NCBI GenBank assembly: GCA_963818965.1
Contig: CAWFUG010000011.1
Span: 160,001 to 224,000, forward strand
Direction: 5' to 3'
DNA: 64,000 bases
From: an uncultured Verrucomicrobiae bacterium
GTDB lineage: Bacteria > Chlamydiota > Chlamydiia > Chlamydiales > Rhabdochlamydiaceae
Both the position numbers and the translations under genes were made by a program. This document shows positions 1-9,837 of the stretch, in pieces; position 1 is the stretch's first letter; each line of letters begins with the position of its first letter. The notes under the pieces were generated by a model. That model searched no databases, had not been told where the DNA came from, and was given only the letters and a program-made list of their open reading frames with translations.

Positions 1-1
1 C

Positions 2-346
2 TATGTTAACGCATTATACGCGTTAACAGAACACGCAGACTCCTTACAAAATGCAAAATCATTGGATCAACCCAACTTTCAAGGACTAATAGACACGGCA
101 GACAAAGTCGTCACTTTTTTCGACTCCCTAGACGATTTTTATGTTAATTATTTTGATGGCCAACTCATAGGAGTCGATTTTCGTTATTTCCCGCATTTAG
201 TTACCATAAAATATGACATGCATTACGGCACTGGAGCTGCACAACAAGCCCTTAATAAATACAGTAAAATTCCCACAGATAAACGTTTCGATAAAAATGA
301 CATTTGCCGCTTTTTAAAGATTAGAACCCCTCTTGCAAAACTTTAA
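2..346 (+). CDS. hypothetical protein, 3' part (open frame runs off the left edge)
   Basis: Frame is open from position 2 to the stop at 346; no recognisable motif. Confidence 0.5.
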   Translation, partial: YVNALYALTEHADSLQNAKSLDQPNFQGLIDTADKVVTFFDSLDDFYVNYFDGQLIGVDFRYFPHLVTIKYDMHYGTGAAQQALNKYSKIPTDKRFDKNDICRFLKIRTPLAKL

Positions 347-348
347 CT

Positions 349-429
349 CGAAGAGGGGGCCTCTTTCAAGACTGGCCCCCTCTCTGGCAACTTTAATCCC
401 GGGGCTTATGAAGCGGGCCTACGGCCAAC
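349..429. repeat. partial copy of palindromic MITE family A (inner hairpin plus part of right arm)
   Basis: CGAAGAGGGGGC..GCCCCCTCTCTGGCAACTTTAATCCCGGGG..GGCCTACGGCCAAC aligns by eye with 5333-5419. Confidence 0.6.
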
Positions 430-433
430 CGTA

Positions 434-2377
434 TTATCTCTCTTTCTTTTCAATGATCCAATAACACTCATCAGCTCCCTCTTCCGTAATGGCTTTTGTA
501 GTAACCGAGTGGCCAGAAAAAAGGGAAGAGCGGGTTGCTAATCGATTCGGAACATAGTTGAAAAATTTGATATACCGGTGGGATTCAAAATAGACCCGAT
601 CGCCGCTTTTGATTTCATATCCCAAATAGGGATTATCCACACTTTTGATTGTCCACCATTGACTGGGAGAATGATGATTTTTTGTATAACAGCAATCGCC
701 AATCACAGAATTACTGTCTAAAAAATATTCATCGGGGAATGATGAATCGTTCGCTTTGATCAAGGCAAAAGAGCCATGGGTGATCTTACCAGTATTCGGG
801 TACAATTGTAGAGAGGCGCTCTTATCTAGAGAGCCCATTTTGGCATAGTGGCCTATGCCGCTCACTGTAAGGTAGTTTCCCTTTGGATCCTTCAAGAGGA
901 TCGTATCTCCCATACTGAGCGTGTCTGCTTCATCGCTTGCTAAATCGGACGCTGTGATGATGGAATTATTTCGAGGAACACTTTCAGTGATCACCCCCTC
1001 GAAAGTGGGGGCCACGTCCACTCTTTTTCCCATATTCCATTTGCTTTGATCGATATTTTGCCATTTAAAAAGGGTCGCAATCAGTGAGGTATGATCAAAG
1101 GGAATGGATGAGTCTGATCGGATGATCGTTCCCTTTTTAATGAGGGGAGAGATAAAAAGAGCAGGAACGCGCACTCCATACCGATCAAAAGTAAACCCAT
1201 TTTCAAAATGGTCATCTGGAGCCACAGAAGAGGGTGGGGAAATATGATCGAAGAGTCCTCCGTGCTCATCAAATAGCACGATCAATAATGTATTGCTCCA
1301 GGCCTCTTTGTTGGAAATAAGACTCGTATAGATATTTGCCAATAAATTTTCCGCATTTCGAACATCGCCAGGAGGGTGCAAATCGTCTCCTTGAACACCT
1401 ACTAAAAATTGAAAATACGGATCCTCTTCATCCAATTCAATTTCCTCACAAAATGTCCATTGTGGTTCGATCAAACTAAAATTAGGCAAGTTCCCCGTTC
1501 TCGCCAGTTCATGAAAGGAATCGAGCCATTTGTAGTGTTCAGTGATATTGGGAATGCGCTCCATCGCTTTGAACATGCGAGAGGTGTAATAGGGTCCAGG
1601 AAAAAGCAGAGGAATCATATCGGTTTGCCAGAAAATAGCCCATGTCGTATCAGGCGTTTCATCTGAGAGTCGATTCCAAATCGTATCGGCATTGAAAGCA
1701 CTCTGGTTAAATGAGCCATTGACAATCTGCCCTTCTGATGTTCCACAGACTGAAAACGCGCGATTTGGATTTGTCTGCGTCGGCACCGATGCAAACCAGA
1801 GATCGCTTACGGCATAATGACGCGCTAGGCTATGTAACACAGGGAATTCTCGATCCGTATAGCCTTCCATTACTCCGCAAATGAATTGTTTGTTCTCAAT
1901 CCAATCTTTTTCCTCCCAAAGGGAAGCATAATCTTGCAAAAAGCCTAGCATCGAAGGCTGTGTATTTCCTTGTGGTCCAAAAATTTGCGCAGTCACATGG
2001 TCGAAGGGTTCATGCGGATTGTATGCAGGAGAATTGATGAGCTTTGATTCACTGACGGACGGGACTCCCTGGATCGGAGGTGAAGAATAGACGATATTTC
2101 CAGACGAATCTCTTAAGATATTCGTATACTCATCGAGTATCTCTTCTGAAAGGCCTTGGAAAGGCTCCGTGCTATTGGATGGGATGAAATGAAGCGGAGC
2201 GTCTTCGCTATAAAGCCAACCGAGTATGTTATCGAAAGATCTATTCTCCATCATGAGAACGACGACGTGTTTGATTTCCTGCTGCATCAAATGTTGATCG
2301 CCACTCAATGCATGTAAAGAACTGACAAAGAATACCCCAAGAAAACTCGCAATCTTTTTTTCCTGAATCATAGACAT
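434..2377 (-). CDS. secreted phosphoesterase / non-specific phospholipase C family protein with a C-terminal beta-trefoil-like domain
   Basis: Motifs HVVVLMMENRSFDN, PTQTNPNR, DLHPP, FDEHGGLFDH, RYGVRVPA, FDHTS; N-terminal signal peptide; C-terminal ~160 aa with GD-x-I-x-L and W-x-I repeats. Confidence 0.85.
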   Translation of the reverse strand: MSMIQEKKIASFLGVFFVSSLHALSGDQHLMQQEIKHVVVLMMENRSFDNILGWLYSEDAPLHFIPSNSTEPFQGLSEEILDEYTNILRDSSGNIVYSSPPIQGVPSVSESKLINSPAYNPHEPFDHVTAQIFGPQGNTQPSMLGFLQDYASLWEEKDWIENKQFICGVMEGYTDREFPVLHSLARHYAVSDLWFASVPTQTNPNRAFSVCGTSEGQIVNGSFNQSAFNADTIWNRLSDETPDTTWAIFWQTDMIPLLFPGPYYTSRMFKAMERIPNITEHYKWLDSFHELARTGNLPNFSLIEPQWTFCEEIELDEEDPYFQFLVGVQGDDLHPPGDVRNAENLLANIYTSLISNKEAWSNTLLIVLFDEHGGLFDHISPPSSVAPDDHFENGFTFDRYGVRVPALFISPLIKKGTIIRSDSSIPFDHTSLIATLFKWQNIDQSKWNMGKRVDVAPTFEGVITESVPRNNSIITASDLASDEADTLSMGDTILLKDPKGNYLTVSGIGHYAKMGSLDKSASLQLYPNTGKITHGSFALIKANDSSFPDEYFLDSNSVIGDCCYTKNHHSPSQWWTIKSVDNPYLGYEIKSGDRVYFESHRYIKFFNYVPNRLATRSSLFSGHSVTTKAITEEGADECYWIIEKKER

Positions 2378-2471
2378 GCCCCCCTTGTGAAAGAGGGACA
2401 GCTTAAGAATTTCAAGTTAAAATTTCAATAGAGATTTTTCAGGTTTTTTATCGATGTCAGTAGGTAAAGCC

Positions 2472-3305
2472 CTAGAAGATGAAATCGAAACCTAAAGTCA
2501 CTCCGTTATAAGCCAACCCGCCCAATTTGACCATCCATGGGCTGGTAGGAACGTGGGTTGGGTAGCTTGTAGACCCGAAAGTAAAATTAGATGTCGTCAG
2601 ATAGATAAATCGATATTCCGCACTGATGCGATAGTGTTTAAAAAATCGGTAACGAAGGCCCGCTTTCGCTTCGGTTGCGAATAGGCTGGTGTATTCACTG
2701 CGATCGTTATTGAAGTGGTTGATTCCAGGTTCTGGAGGACTGATCTGTGAAGAGTTTGCGTCATGAATGGAGACAAATCCAACTCCCACACCCACGCCAA
2801 CGTAAGGGGAAAGATAGTCGTTGTTAAATTCTAAAATCCCATTGACTAACAGGGTTCCTATATTCATGGGAAACTTATCTATAAAATCATGTTCAGGAAG
2901 TCTTGTCGTTGGATTAATAAGACTTACCTTTTTGGCAGTATTGGAAAAATACGTTCCTTCAATCTCTAAGGCGGGCGCCAGACGAAATCCCGGAGAAATT
3001 CTCCTCATCCATTCATAGCCAATGTGTGCTCCGCCAAAACCTCTTGTGCGCCCCTCTGCGGTTCCCCTCGCTTCGACAGCAAGAGGTCCTCCAGCAGCGT
3101 CGCTATAAAAGGCGGTTCCGCTTTGAGCCACGGATACGCTGTACGGAAAAACCCAGCCACCAAAACCACCCAAATAGAAGCCCGTGATACCGCAATGAGG
3201 ATCTTCTTCTTGTTGCGTGGGTTGTTGAGCGGGTTGCTTAGCTGTTAACGTTAAACATGTCAAGGTGCTCGCTGCGATCAGGGTATTTTGAATCCATCTA
3301 TTCAT
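2472..3305 (-). CDS. outer-membrane beta-barrel protein
   Basis: Signal peptide, GFYLGGFGG, PYVGVGVG, AEYRFIY, C-terminal Phe. Confidence 0.75.
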   Translation of the reverse strand: MNRWIQNTLIAASTLTCLTLTAKQPAQQPTQQEEDPHCGITGFYLGGFGGWVFPYSVSVAQSGTAFYSDAAGGPLAVEARGTAEGRTRGFGGAHIGYEWMRRISPGFRLAPALEIEGTYFSNTAKKVSLINPTTRLPEHDFIDKFPMNIGTLLVNGILEFNNDYLSPYVGVGVGVGFVSIHDANSSQISPPEPGINHFNNDRSEYTSLFATEAKAGLRYRFFKHYRISAEYRFIYLTTSNFTFGSTSYPTHVPTSPWMVKLGGLAYNGVTLGFDFIF

Positions 3306-3460
3306 GAAGCTGTCCTAATTGTGGTAATGGTTAGTGATTTTTACAGCTATAGCACGTTTGAGAAATTTTTTAAAATAAAAAGTAGACGCTCTCGAGAAAG
3401 CAGCTGAGAATGGCATAAGCAAAACATCTTATGGCTACTAGAATTATGAACCTATCCCAA

Positions 3461-4066
3461 TCAATTTGCTGTGACTGAAATTGTTTTCACATTTGAGTTT
3501 CGATCCATCAAAGAAATGGTAAATGAGGAATGGTATTCATCGATTGGAATAAACAACAGCTTATTGAGGTGTGACTGCGGTGGGATGATTTGATCTCTTG
3601 CTGCTTTCAATGAGTAGTCTATGTCCAGATGATCATTTGCCTCAGCAGATCCAACGCCGTCTACGATAGCAGGGATCGCTAACGGCCATAAAAAGAGCGC
3701 CCCTACCCCATATCCAACAACTCTTCCGACAGTAGAGGTATGTACCGTTTGCGCTACCTCTTCCGGCTCGGCAGTGGGCAAACTCACTCTACTCAGAGAA
3801 AATACATAAGATTCATTGCCGTTATTTTCGATGTAAAGCTGGATGGGTTGATACCCCTCGGCGAGCACATCTCTATCTAAAAAGCGTTTGCAATCTCTTT
3901 TATTAAAAGCTTTTGCTACAGCAACAACATTATTCTCCATGGATGCAGAAGACAAGAGAGCCTCATAGGAAAGGCTATTGAGAGTCGCTGCATTGTAGCT
4001 CGCACATCCCGATAAGAACACGAGACCACCCACTGTGGCCAAAAAAAGAATTGTAAAACGCTTCAT
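3461..4066 (-). CDS. putative lipoprotein
   Basis: Signal peptide with lipobox LSGC; internal hydrophobic Gly-rich segment. Confidence 0.7.
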   Translation of the reverse strand: MKRFTILFLATVGGLVFLSGCASYNAATLNSLSYEALLSSASMENNVVAVAKAFNKRDCKRFLDRDVLAEGYQPIQLYIENNGNESYVFSLSRVSLPTAEPEEVAQTVHTSTVGRVVGYGVGALFLWPLAIPAIVDGVGSAEANDHLDIDYSLKAARDQIIPPQSHLNKLLFIPIDEYHSSFTISLMDRNSNVKTISVTAN

Positions 4067-4157
4067 AAAACCTCTTCATTCGATCAAGCATTCTATTCCA
4101 CGTTTATTTAAAATCAATGGGTTAAATAATTAATACCACCTAACTAAACATTAAAAC

Positions 4158-4220
4158 TATACCCCGCACGCTTGAGGATGGCGCGGCCCTACGGCCAACT
4201 TTTGAGTCCACTTGGGTATA
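4158..4220. repeat. short MITE family A variant, TATACCC...GGGTATA
   Basis: Right half GGCCAACTTTTGAGTC..GGGTATA matches the arm of 5270-5439; whole unit matches 26200-26271 in reverse orientation. Confidence 0.7.
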
Positions 4221-4259
4221 AGCTTGCACGGATAATCAGAAAATTTTATTGTCATCAGA

Positions 4260-5222
4260 ATGAAATCTTTCCTTAGAAAATCGATTTATCTCATCTTTTC
4301 ATCTAGCTGCGCCGGTCTTTTCGCTTTCGATGTTAGAACAGACCTCGAACTCAATACCGGTTACCGCAATGACAGCCTTCAGCGCAAAAACACCTTAGAA
4401 TTAGTGCCTCCTGAAGTGGATCAAACAGATGAAATCAAAATCAACAATATTTCGATTTGGCAAGTCGGCATGAATGCCCGCTTTTTGATGTCCCCTTTCT
4501 CTCACAAGCATTTCCAGGAAGGTTCCCATTTTCATAACTTTTATCTCTCTGGGTTTGCCTTTTGGGGCTGGAACATAGCCAACCCACACCTACGTGAAAC
4601 CATCCAAGGGCATTTCGAAAAACAAATGGGCAGGGCAGAGGTCGACGATGTCCACACCTACGACTTTCAGATTGGCGCGGGGTATCTCATCGATTGGAAA
4701 CACTGGAACTTCAGTTTTTCTGGCGGCTACGCCTTCGATAAGCAAAAAATAGATACAACCCATGGCCAAATATCCTATCCCAGCGGTGCCCCCTTTGAAG
4801 ACGCTCCCCTTTATGGAAAGGGCTATACGACGACTACAATATGGAAAGGGGCTTGGTTGGGAATCGATTTGGCTTACATTTGGCACCACTGGAAAGCCAA
4901 GACTGGATACGAATACCATTTTGCCCACTACACTGCAAATCATTCCATTCCCGTAGGCTACATCGCTGGGGTAGAAGGGTACAAAACTCATACAAAAGCC
5001 AATGATGCCCACGGCAATGTCTTTTTCTTAAATGGAGCCTACTTGTTTTGCACGCGATGGGAACTGGGAGCTTGGTTCAAATATCAGCATTGGAATGCAA
5101 GCAATGGCCATCTGAGCAGTCCTTCCTTTTCTGCAAATGGATTTCCTTCTACAACCAAGGTGGTAGCTTCTGGAAAATGGATTTCATACAGTATCAACCT
5201 CTACATAGGTTGTGCATTTTAA
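4260..5222 (+). CDS. outer-membrane beta-barrel protein (omptin-like barrel; catalytic status unknown)
   Basis: Signal peptide, GYRND start of mature part, alternating aromatic strands, GYEYH, C-terminal Phe. Confidence 0.65.
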   Translation: MKSFLRKSIYLIFSSSCAGLFAFDVRTDLELNTGYRNDSLQRKNTLELVPPEVDQTDEIKINNISIWQVGMNARFLMSPFSHKHFQEGSHFHNFYLSGFAFWGWNIANPHLRETIQGHFEKQMGRAEVDDVHTYDFQIGAGYLIDWKHWNFSFSGGYAFDKQKIDTTHGQISYPSGAPFEDAPLYGKGYTTTTIWKGAWLGIDLAYIWHHWKAKTGYEYHFAHYTANHSIPVGYIAGVEGYKTHTKANDAHGNVFFLNGAYLFCTRWELGAWFKYQHWNASNGHLSSPSFSANGFPSTTKVVASGKWISYSINLYIGCAF

Positions 5223-5240
5223 CATTAAAAACCCTCTCTT

Positions 5241-6875
5241 ATGCATAAACAACCAATGAAAACAGCCTGTATACCCGACGTGACTCAAAAGTTGGCCATT
5301 GGCCCGCGCCAAAACCCCGCGATTGAGATTGCCGAAGAGGGGGGTAGTATTGCAGAAATACAACCCCCCTCTTCGGCAACTCAATCCCGGGAGTTTTCGC
5401 ATGGGGCCAATGGCCAACTTTTGAGTCACGTCGGGTATATAGCAACAGTCTTTTATTTGCTTTTCCACATGTGTGCGCTTAGGGGTGATATTCCTCCCTC
5501 GCTGCAAGGATTGTCTTACGGAATATACCCAACAAGTCTTACCTATAATACTGAACGTTTGAACTACAATAAACGCTTTGCCGTCTTTCCTCAGGCAATC
5601 TTTGCCCCTATGACAAATGATGAAGTCGTCTATGTCTTGACTCAATTGAAACAATATAACCTTCCTTTTGCAGTCCGATCTGGAGGTCATTGCTTTGAAC
5701 CGGGATCTCTATCTCCAGACTATGTGATCGATGTTTCGAATTTTAACGCCATTATACCCAATACAGTAACTGGAGAAGTTTATATCGGAGCAGGTTGTCT
5801 TCTCATGGATGTGCTGAATACCCTTGGTCTCATCGATTATGCTATCCCTTCCGGGGAATGCCCAACAGTCGGCATTACAGGGCTGACATTGGGAGGCGGC
5901 ATAGGATTGCTAACCCGCCCCTACGGCCTGACTTGCGATTCGGTAAAGAGCATTACTTTAGTAAATGCCGCATGCGAAGTGATCGAAGTGAATGCATCCA
6001 GCTATCCAGATCTATTTTGGGCTCTCCGTGGAGGAGGAAACGGATCTTATGGAATCGTGCTTGGCTTTACGTTTCAAATGCAATACATCCCCACGGTTAC
6101 GTACTATGAGCTTCTCTGGGAATACGATGTGGACCTGATCGATCCTTTGATGAAAGCCTGGCAATCCTGGGTGAGTACATTGCCCGATACGATTTCTTCG
6201 ATATTGGGAATCCGACATCCAGGGATTCTCACTGCATCACCTGGAACATCTCCAGCGCTCACGATTCGTGTATCTGGACTTAAGTTAGGCTCAGACCCTT
6301 TTACCGAATGGCAAAGTACTTTCTCTGGCTTTAATCCCACCGTTATTTTGTTCACAGGGAGTTACCTCGATTCCTCACAATATTGGGCAAGAGAGAGCAC
6401 AAAGCCTTTCAATAAGGCAAAGTCTAGAATTTTGATGAATCCCATCACTTCGAAAACGACAAAGAAGATAACCCAGTTTTTTAAAAAAATCGATGCGACC
6501 AATCCAGATTATACGGTTTATTTTGAATTCGATGCTTTAGGAGGCAAAACACCAGATAATCAAACCGCATTTTTCCCTCGTAATGCCTTCGGATGGTGGT
6601 ATCAGGCCTACTTTTGGGATTTTGAAGAAGAGACATCACAAATATTAGCGCTTAGCAGAAACTTTTTTGCAAACATTCCTAATGAAGTGTCCAATTACTG
6701 CTATGCAAATGTCGTCGATTACGACCTTGGAAAATATTATCTTTGGGCCTACTACGGCAATCTTGCAGGGCAGCTCATCAATATCAAGCAAAAATACGAT
6801 CCCGCAAATTTTTTTAACTGGCAACAAAGCATCCCCGTTATCAATTCCGTGCCAGGCAGTTTAATGGCTCAATAG
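5241..6875 (+). CDS. FAD-linked oxidoreductase (berberine-bridge-enzyme-like) with a 56-aa in-frame palindrome insertion in its signal peptide
   Basis: VRSGGHC FAD-binding motif, GECPTVGITGLTLGGG, DLFWALRGGG, C-terminal YYG..KQKYDPANFF BBE motif; start at 5241 or 5256. Confidence 0.9.
   Translation: MHKQPMKTACIPDVTQKLAIGPRQNPAIEIAEEGGSIAEIQPPSSATQSREFSHGANGQLLSHVGYIATVFYLLFHMCALRGDIPPSLQGLSYGIYPTSLTYNTERLNYNKRFAVFPQAIFAPMTNDEVVYVLTQLKQYNLPFAVRSGGHCFEPGSLSPDYVIDVSNFNAIIPNTVTGEVYIGAGCLLMDVLNTLGLIDYAIPSGECPTVGITGLTLGGGIGLLTRPYGLTCDSVKSITLVNAACEVIEVNASSYPDLFWALRGGGNGSYGIVLGFTFQMQYIPTVTYYELLWEYDVDLIDPLMKAWQSWVSTLPDTISSILGIRHPGILTASPGTSPALTIRVSGLKLGSDPFTEWQSTFSGFNPTVILFTGSYLDSSQYWARESTKPFNKAKSRILMNPITSKTTKKITQFFKKIDATNPDYTVYFEFDALGGKTPDNQTAFFPRNAFGWWYQAYFWDFEEETSQILALSRNFFANIPNEVSNYCYANVVDYDLGKYYLWAYYGNLAGQLINIKQKYDPANFFNWQQSIPVINSVPGSLMAQ
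5270..5439. mobile_element. 170-bp palindromic MITE (family A) with TA duplication
   Basis: Perfect 36-bp inverted repeat 5270-5305/5404-5439 and 17-bp inner stem 5329-5345/5363-5379; removing 168 bp restores TGT ATA GCA. Confidence 0.9.
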
Positions 6876-6894
6876 ACTGAGAAGCAGCTCAAAT

Positions 6895-6918
6895 GCACCA
6901 TCCTCAAGCGCGCAGGGT
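6895..6918. repeat. family A variant end fragment
   Basis: GCACCATCCTCAAGCGCGC is identical to 26246-26264. Confidence 0.55.
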
Positions 6919-6996
6919 CACGTTCGTTGGTCATTGCACTAAATGATTCCTCATCACTAGAATGGCACCCCTTCTCACTTAAACTTAAGGTTTTCT

Positions 6997-8463
6997 ATGA
7001 GTATGCCTGCGCTTAACCGATTCGAATCTCTAGTTGGTAAAATGCTGATGGTTCACCAATCTCCAAAAGAGCCATTGGGAAACTTTTCCCACGTCCTTCT
7101 CGATGGCAGAAACTTTGAGGGAAAGCAAGAAACCTCTCTCTTTACTGAGCAGGCCACCTCCACGCTATGGCAAAAGAGAGACGGGATAAACACTTACATC
7201 GACCACGAAGGGGGAAGAGTTCACCGCTTCGATGAAAGAGAGGTATCCGCCTTGCCAAGTGCGTATGCCATCCACCTTAACGACAATCCGAGGAATGCAT
7301 TCACCGCCGGCCGCCTAGCTGGACGGCAGTTAGCCGCTCTGGGCATTACGATGTCTTTAGGTCCCGTTGTCGATATTGGGCCAGGAGCATTTCCATCGCG
7401 CTGTTTCGGAACCTGTGCAGAAGATGTCTTCAAGTACGCCAAGCTCTACATCGAAGGTCTCAAACAATCCGTGTTAGTTTGCCTGAAACACTGGCCAGGG
7501 CACGGGGCTGTCTCCGGGGATTCCCATCACCTTTTGCCACACACAACCGATTCCATTGAGACTCTTGAAAAGACCCATTTCGCACCTTTCATCGCATTAG
7601 CGAAAGAAGTCGATGCCGTCATGCCAGCGCATATTGTAGTAGAGGACTTAGATCCCCTCTACCCTGCTACCTTTTCAAAACCACTCCTTTCCAAACTAAG
7701 AGAAAACGACTTCGACGGTGTGATCCTCTCCGACTCGATGTCGATGCAGGGAGCTCGGGAATTATTTAATGATAACCTCACTCTGCAATGCAAAACGGCT
7801 ATTTTAGCAGGGTGCAACCTACTCATTCTCGGGCACCTCTCCCTAGAAATAGCCAGTGATATTCAGCGACAACTTGCCCAAGAAGCCACTACTGATTCAG
7901 AGCTCGCACAATGCATCGAGAGTTCGGTCAATAAGATCGAGACGATGCTCGCCCGCTACAAAGAAAACACAGACCACATCGATTTAACGCACGTCAATAA
8001 AGCAGTACGTGTCTTTGGAAAAAGCATTGCACGAGGGGCTATGCAATTCAGAAATACACAAACGCCTTATGCGTGCAAAAAAGTAATCCTTCTCACTCCT
8101 GAGCTATTAAAATCCAATAGCGCTTACGGATTTGAAAGAGCTTACAAACGACCCGCAGATGCACTGCACACATGGAAAAGCATTTCCCCAACCGAAGAAG
8201 AAATCGATCAGCTATCAAAATTGATTGAAAAAGACGCGGGTGTTATCGTCGTGACCTTCAATGCGGATCGAGAGTCCCTGCAACAACAACTCGTCAACCG
8301 CCTATTTTTCCGCCATCCGTTACAAGTTCGCCTGCTTGAGGTAAATTACTCAGATCCCGGCTCTTTATTGCCGTGGGCCCCTGAAAACATGCCGGTTGTA
8401 TGCACTTATAGCGCTGATTCAACCTCATTAAAAGTTGCGCTCAAAGCCCTCTTAAACACCTAA
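6997..8463 (+). CDS. glycoside hydrolase family 3, NagZ-like beta-N-acetylhexosaminidase
   Basis: IDHEGGRVHR, KHWPGHG..DSH, MPAH, ILSDSMSMQG motifs. Confidence 0.85.
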   Translation: MSMPALNRFESLVGKMLMVHQSPKEPLGNFSHVLLDGRNFEGKQETSLFTEQATSTLWQKRDGINTYIDHEGGRVHRFDEREVSALPSAYAIHLNDNPRNAFTAGRLAGRQLAALGITMSLGPVVDIGPGAFPSRCFGTCAEDVFKYAKLYIEGLKQSVLVCLKHWPGHGAVSGDSHHLLPHTTDSIETLEKTHFAPFIALAKEVDAVMPAHIVVEDLDPLYPATFSKPLLSKLRENDFDGVILSDSMSMQGARELFNDNLTLQCKTAILAGCNLLILGHLSLEIASDIQRQLAQEATTDSELAQCIESSVNKIETMLARYKENTDHIDLTHVNKAVRVFGKSIARGAMQFRNTQTPYACKKVILLTPELLKSNSAYGFERAYKRPADALHTWKSISPTEEEIDQLSKLIEKDAGVIVVTFNADRESLQQQLVNRLFFRHPLQVRLLEVNYSDPGSLLPWAPENMPVVCTYSADSTSLKVALKALLNT

Positions 8464-8487
8464 GGAGGGCTCCATAATAATACTAAA

Positions 8488-9282
8488 TTAATGGAGCTTA
8501 ATTAAAAAAGCCTGAGCAGTAGGCAGGGAAATTAGTATTTCTGGCTTATCTGTCAGGAATTCATCGACTGCTTTTTTTGCTCCTGCGCATTCAGAGTAAC
8601 CGTAGTCATCAAACAAAATGATTCCACCAGAAACCATTCGTGGATAAATAAAGGCTAAACAATCCTTTGTTGCCTGGTACAGGTCTACATCTACGTGTGC
8701 AAAAGCAAAGCGCCTCTCTTCATAGTCTTGAAATGTAGTTGGAATCCATCCTTTAATCAATTCTATTTTACATTTGCGATGCGTAAGCAGTGCTTGTACT
8801 TGTTCAGGTGTTCCACCACAGACCCCTCCCGCATGAAACCATGGAGCTATGGAATTTGTTCTTGTATCTATATCTATAGCACCCGGAGCATCTAAACCTT
8901 CAAAACTATCAAATCCTAAAAGAGCCCTATTCGAGCTATCAAAACGATCTAATACTCCTGCAAAAATGTTTAGGCTTGTTCCCCAAAGAACTCCGCACTC
9001 AATAAATTCTCCAGTTCTACAATTTAAGGCCTGCCTTGCCAAAATGTATTCGATATATCGAGCAGCTCTATTACCAATAGTTTCTGTATATCCGCCATCA
9101 ATTTCAAGAAAAATAGGATCTGATAACCAAGGAGAAAATACAGGATCCGAATAACTTACGTACGTTTCATATAAATCTCCATTTATTGGATTAATCGCAG
9201 CATTAACAGAAAAAGAGCACAGAATAAAAAAAAGCAAAACGTACATAAGTAACTCCTTAAATTCACAAAGTTTTGAGCTCAC
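8488..9282 (-). CDS. TylF/MycF-family O-methyltransferase
   Basis: GEFIECGV..G, FDSFEG, HVDVDLY, GGIILFDDYG. Confidence 0.85.
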   Translation of the reverse strand: MSSKLCEFKELLMYVLLFFILCSFSVNAAINPINGDLYETYVSYSDPVFSPWLSDPIFLEIDGGYTETIGNRAARYIEYILARQALNCRTGEFIECGVLWGTSLNIFAGVLDRFDSSNRALLGFDSFEGLDAPGAIDIDTRTNSIAPWFHAGGVCGGTPEQVQALLTHRKCKIELIKGWIPTTFQDYEERRFAFAHVDVDLYQATKDCLAFIYPRMVSGGIILFDDYGYSECAGAKKAVDEFLTDKPEILISLPTAQAFLIKLH

Positions 9283-9614
9283 TCAAATTTTTCAATATTA
9301 TAAAAATATCACCAAAAAGTCTCGAAAAATCCTACAGCTCAGAAAATAAAAAGCAAAAAAGACTTCTTAACAGAGAGTACAGGGATCTTCTGATATCCGA
9401 ACTACTCCTTGCTGCTATGGAAGAAGATCATATCTCTGTTAGGAAGCTGGCCGCAGAAGCTGAGGTTTCCCCTACAATAATCCAAAGCCTGAAGTCTGGA
9501 AAAAAAACAAATATCACTATTGAAACATTGTCAAGGATCCTGGACGTGCTCGACTATCAGATTATTTTGGCACCCAAAAAGGGGTGCTCAGGAAAACAGC
9601 TAAGGATGGCATAA
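9273..9614 (+). CDS. XRE-type HTH protein, antitoxin-like, probably 5'-truncated
   Basis: SVRKLAAEAEVSPTIIQSLKSG HTH; no good start, overlaps the 5' end of the divergent gene. Confidence 0.55.
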   Translation: MSSLKFFNIIKISPKSLEKSYSSENKKQKRLLNREYRDLLISELLLAAMEEDHISVRKLAAEAEVSPTIIQSLKSGKKTNITIETLSRILDVLDYQIILAPKKGCSGKQLRMA

Positions 9615-9837
9615 ACAAAGCATAGAGGTATTAATGAAGGCCAAAATATCAAAGAAAAAAGCGGCAAAAACCATGAGTAAAAGATCTTGTGGTTACTGGA
9701 ACTGTGGCTACGAGCTACGGAGGAATTGGGTGTCAAAAAAGTTTGGATTTTCTGAAAAAAAAGAAGCCTATGAGGCCTTGAGAGGGTGGCTAAGCCTTTC
9801 CAGTAAAATTATCCTGTCCAAATTGGAGTCCTATTTT

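Noticed and set aside
5184..5690. Antisense ORF sharing IPDVTQKLAIGP with the oxidoreductase
   Set aside because: A consequence of the palindrome reading the same on both strands.
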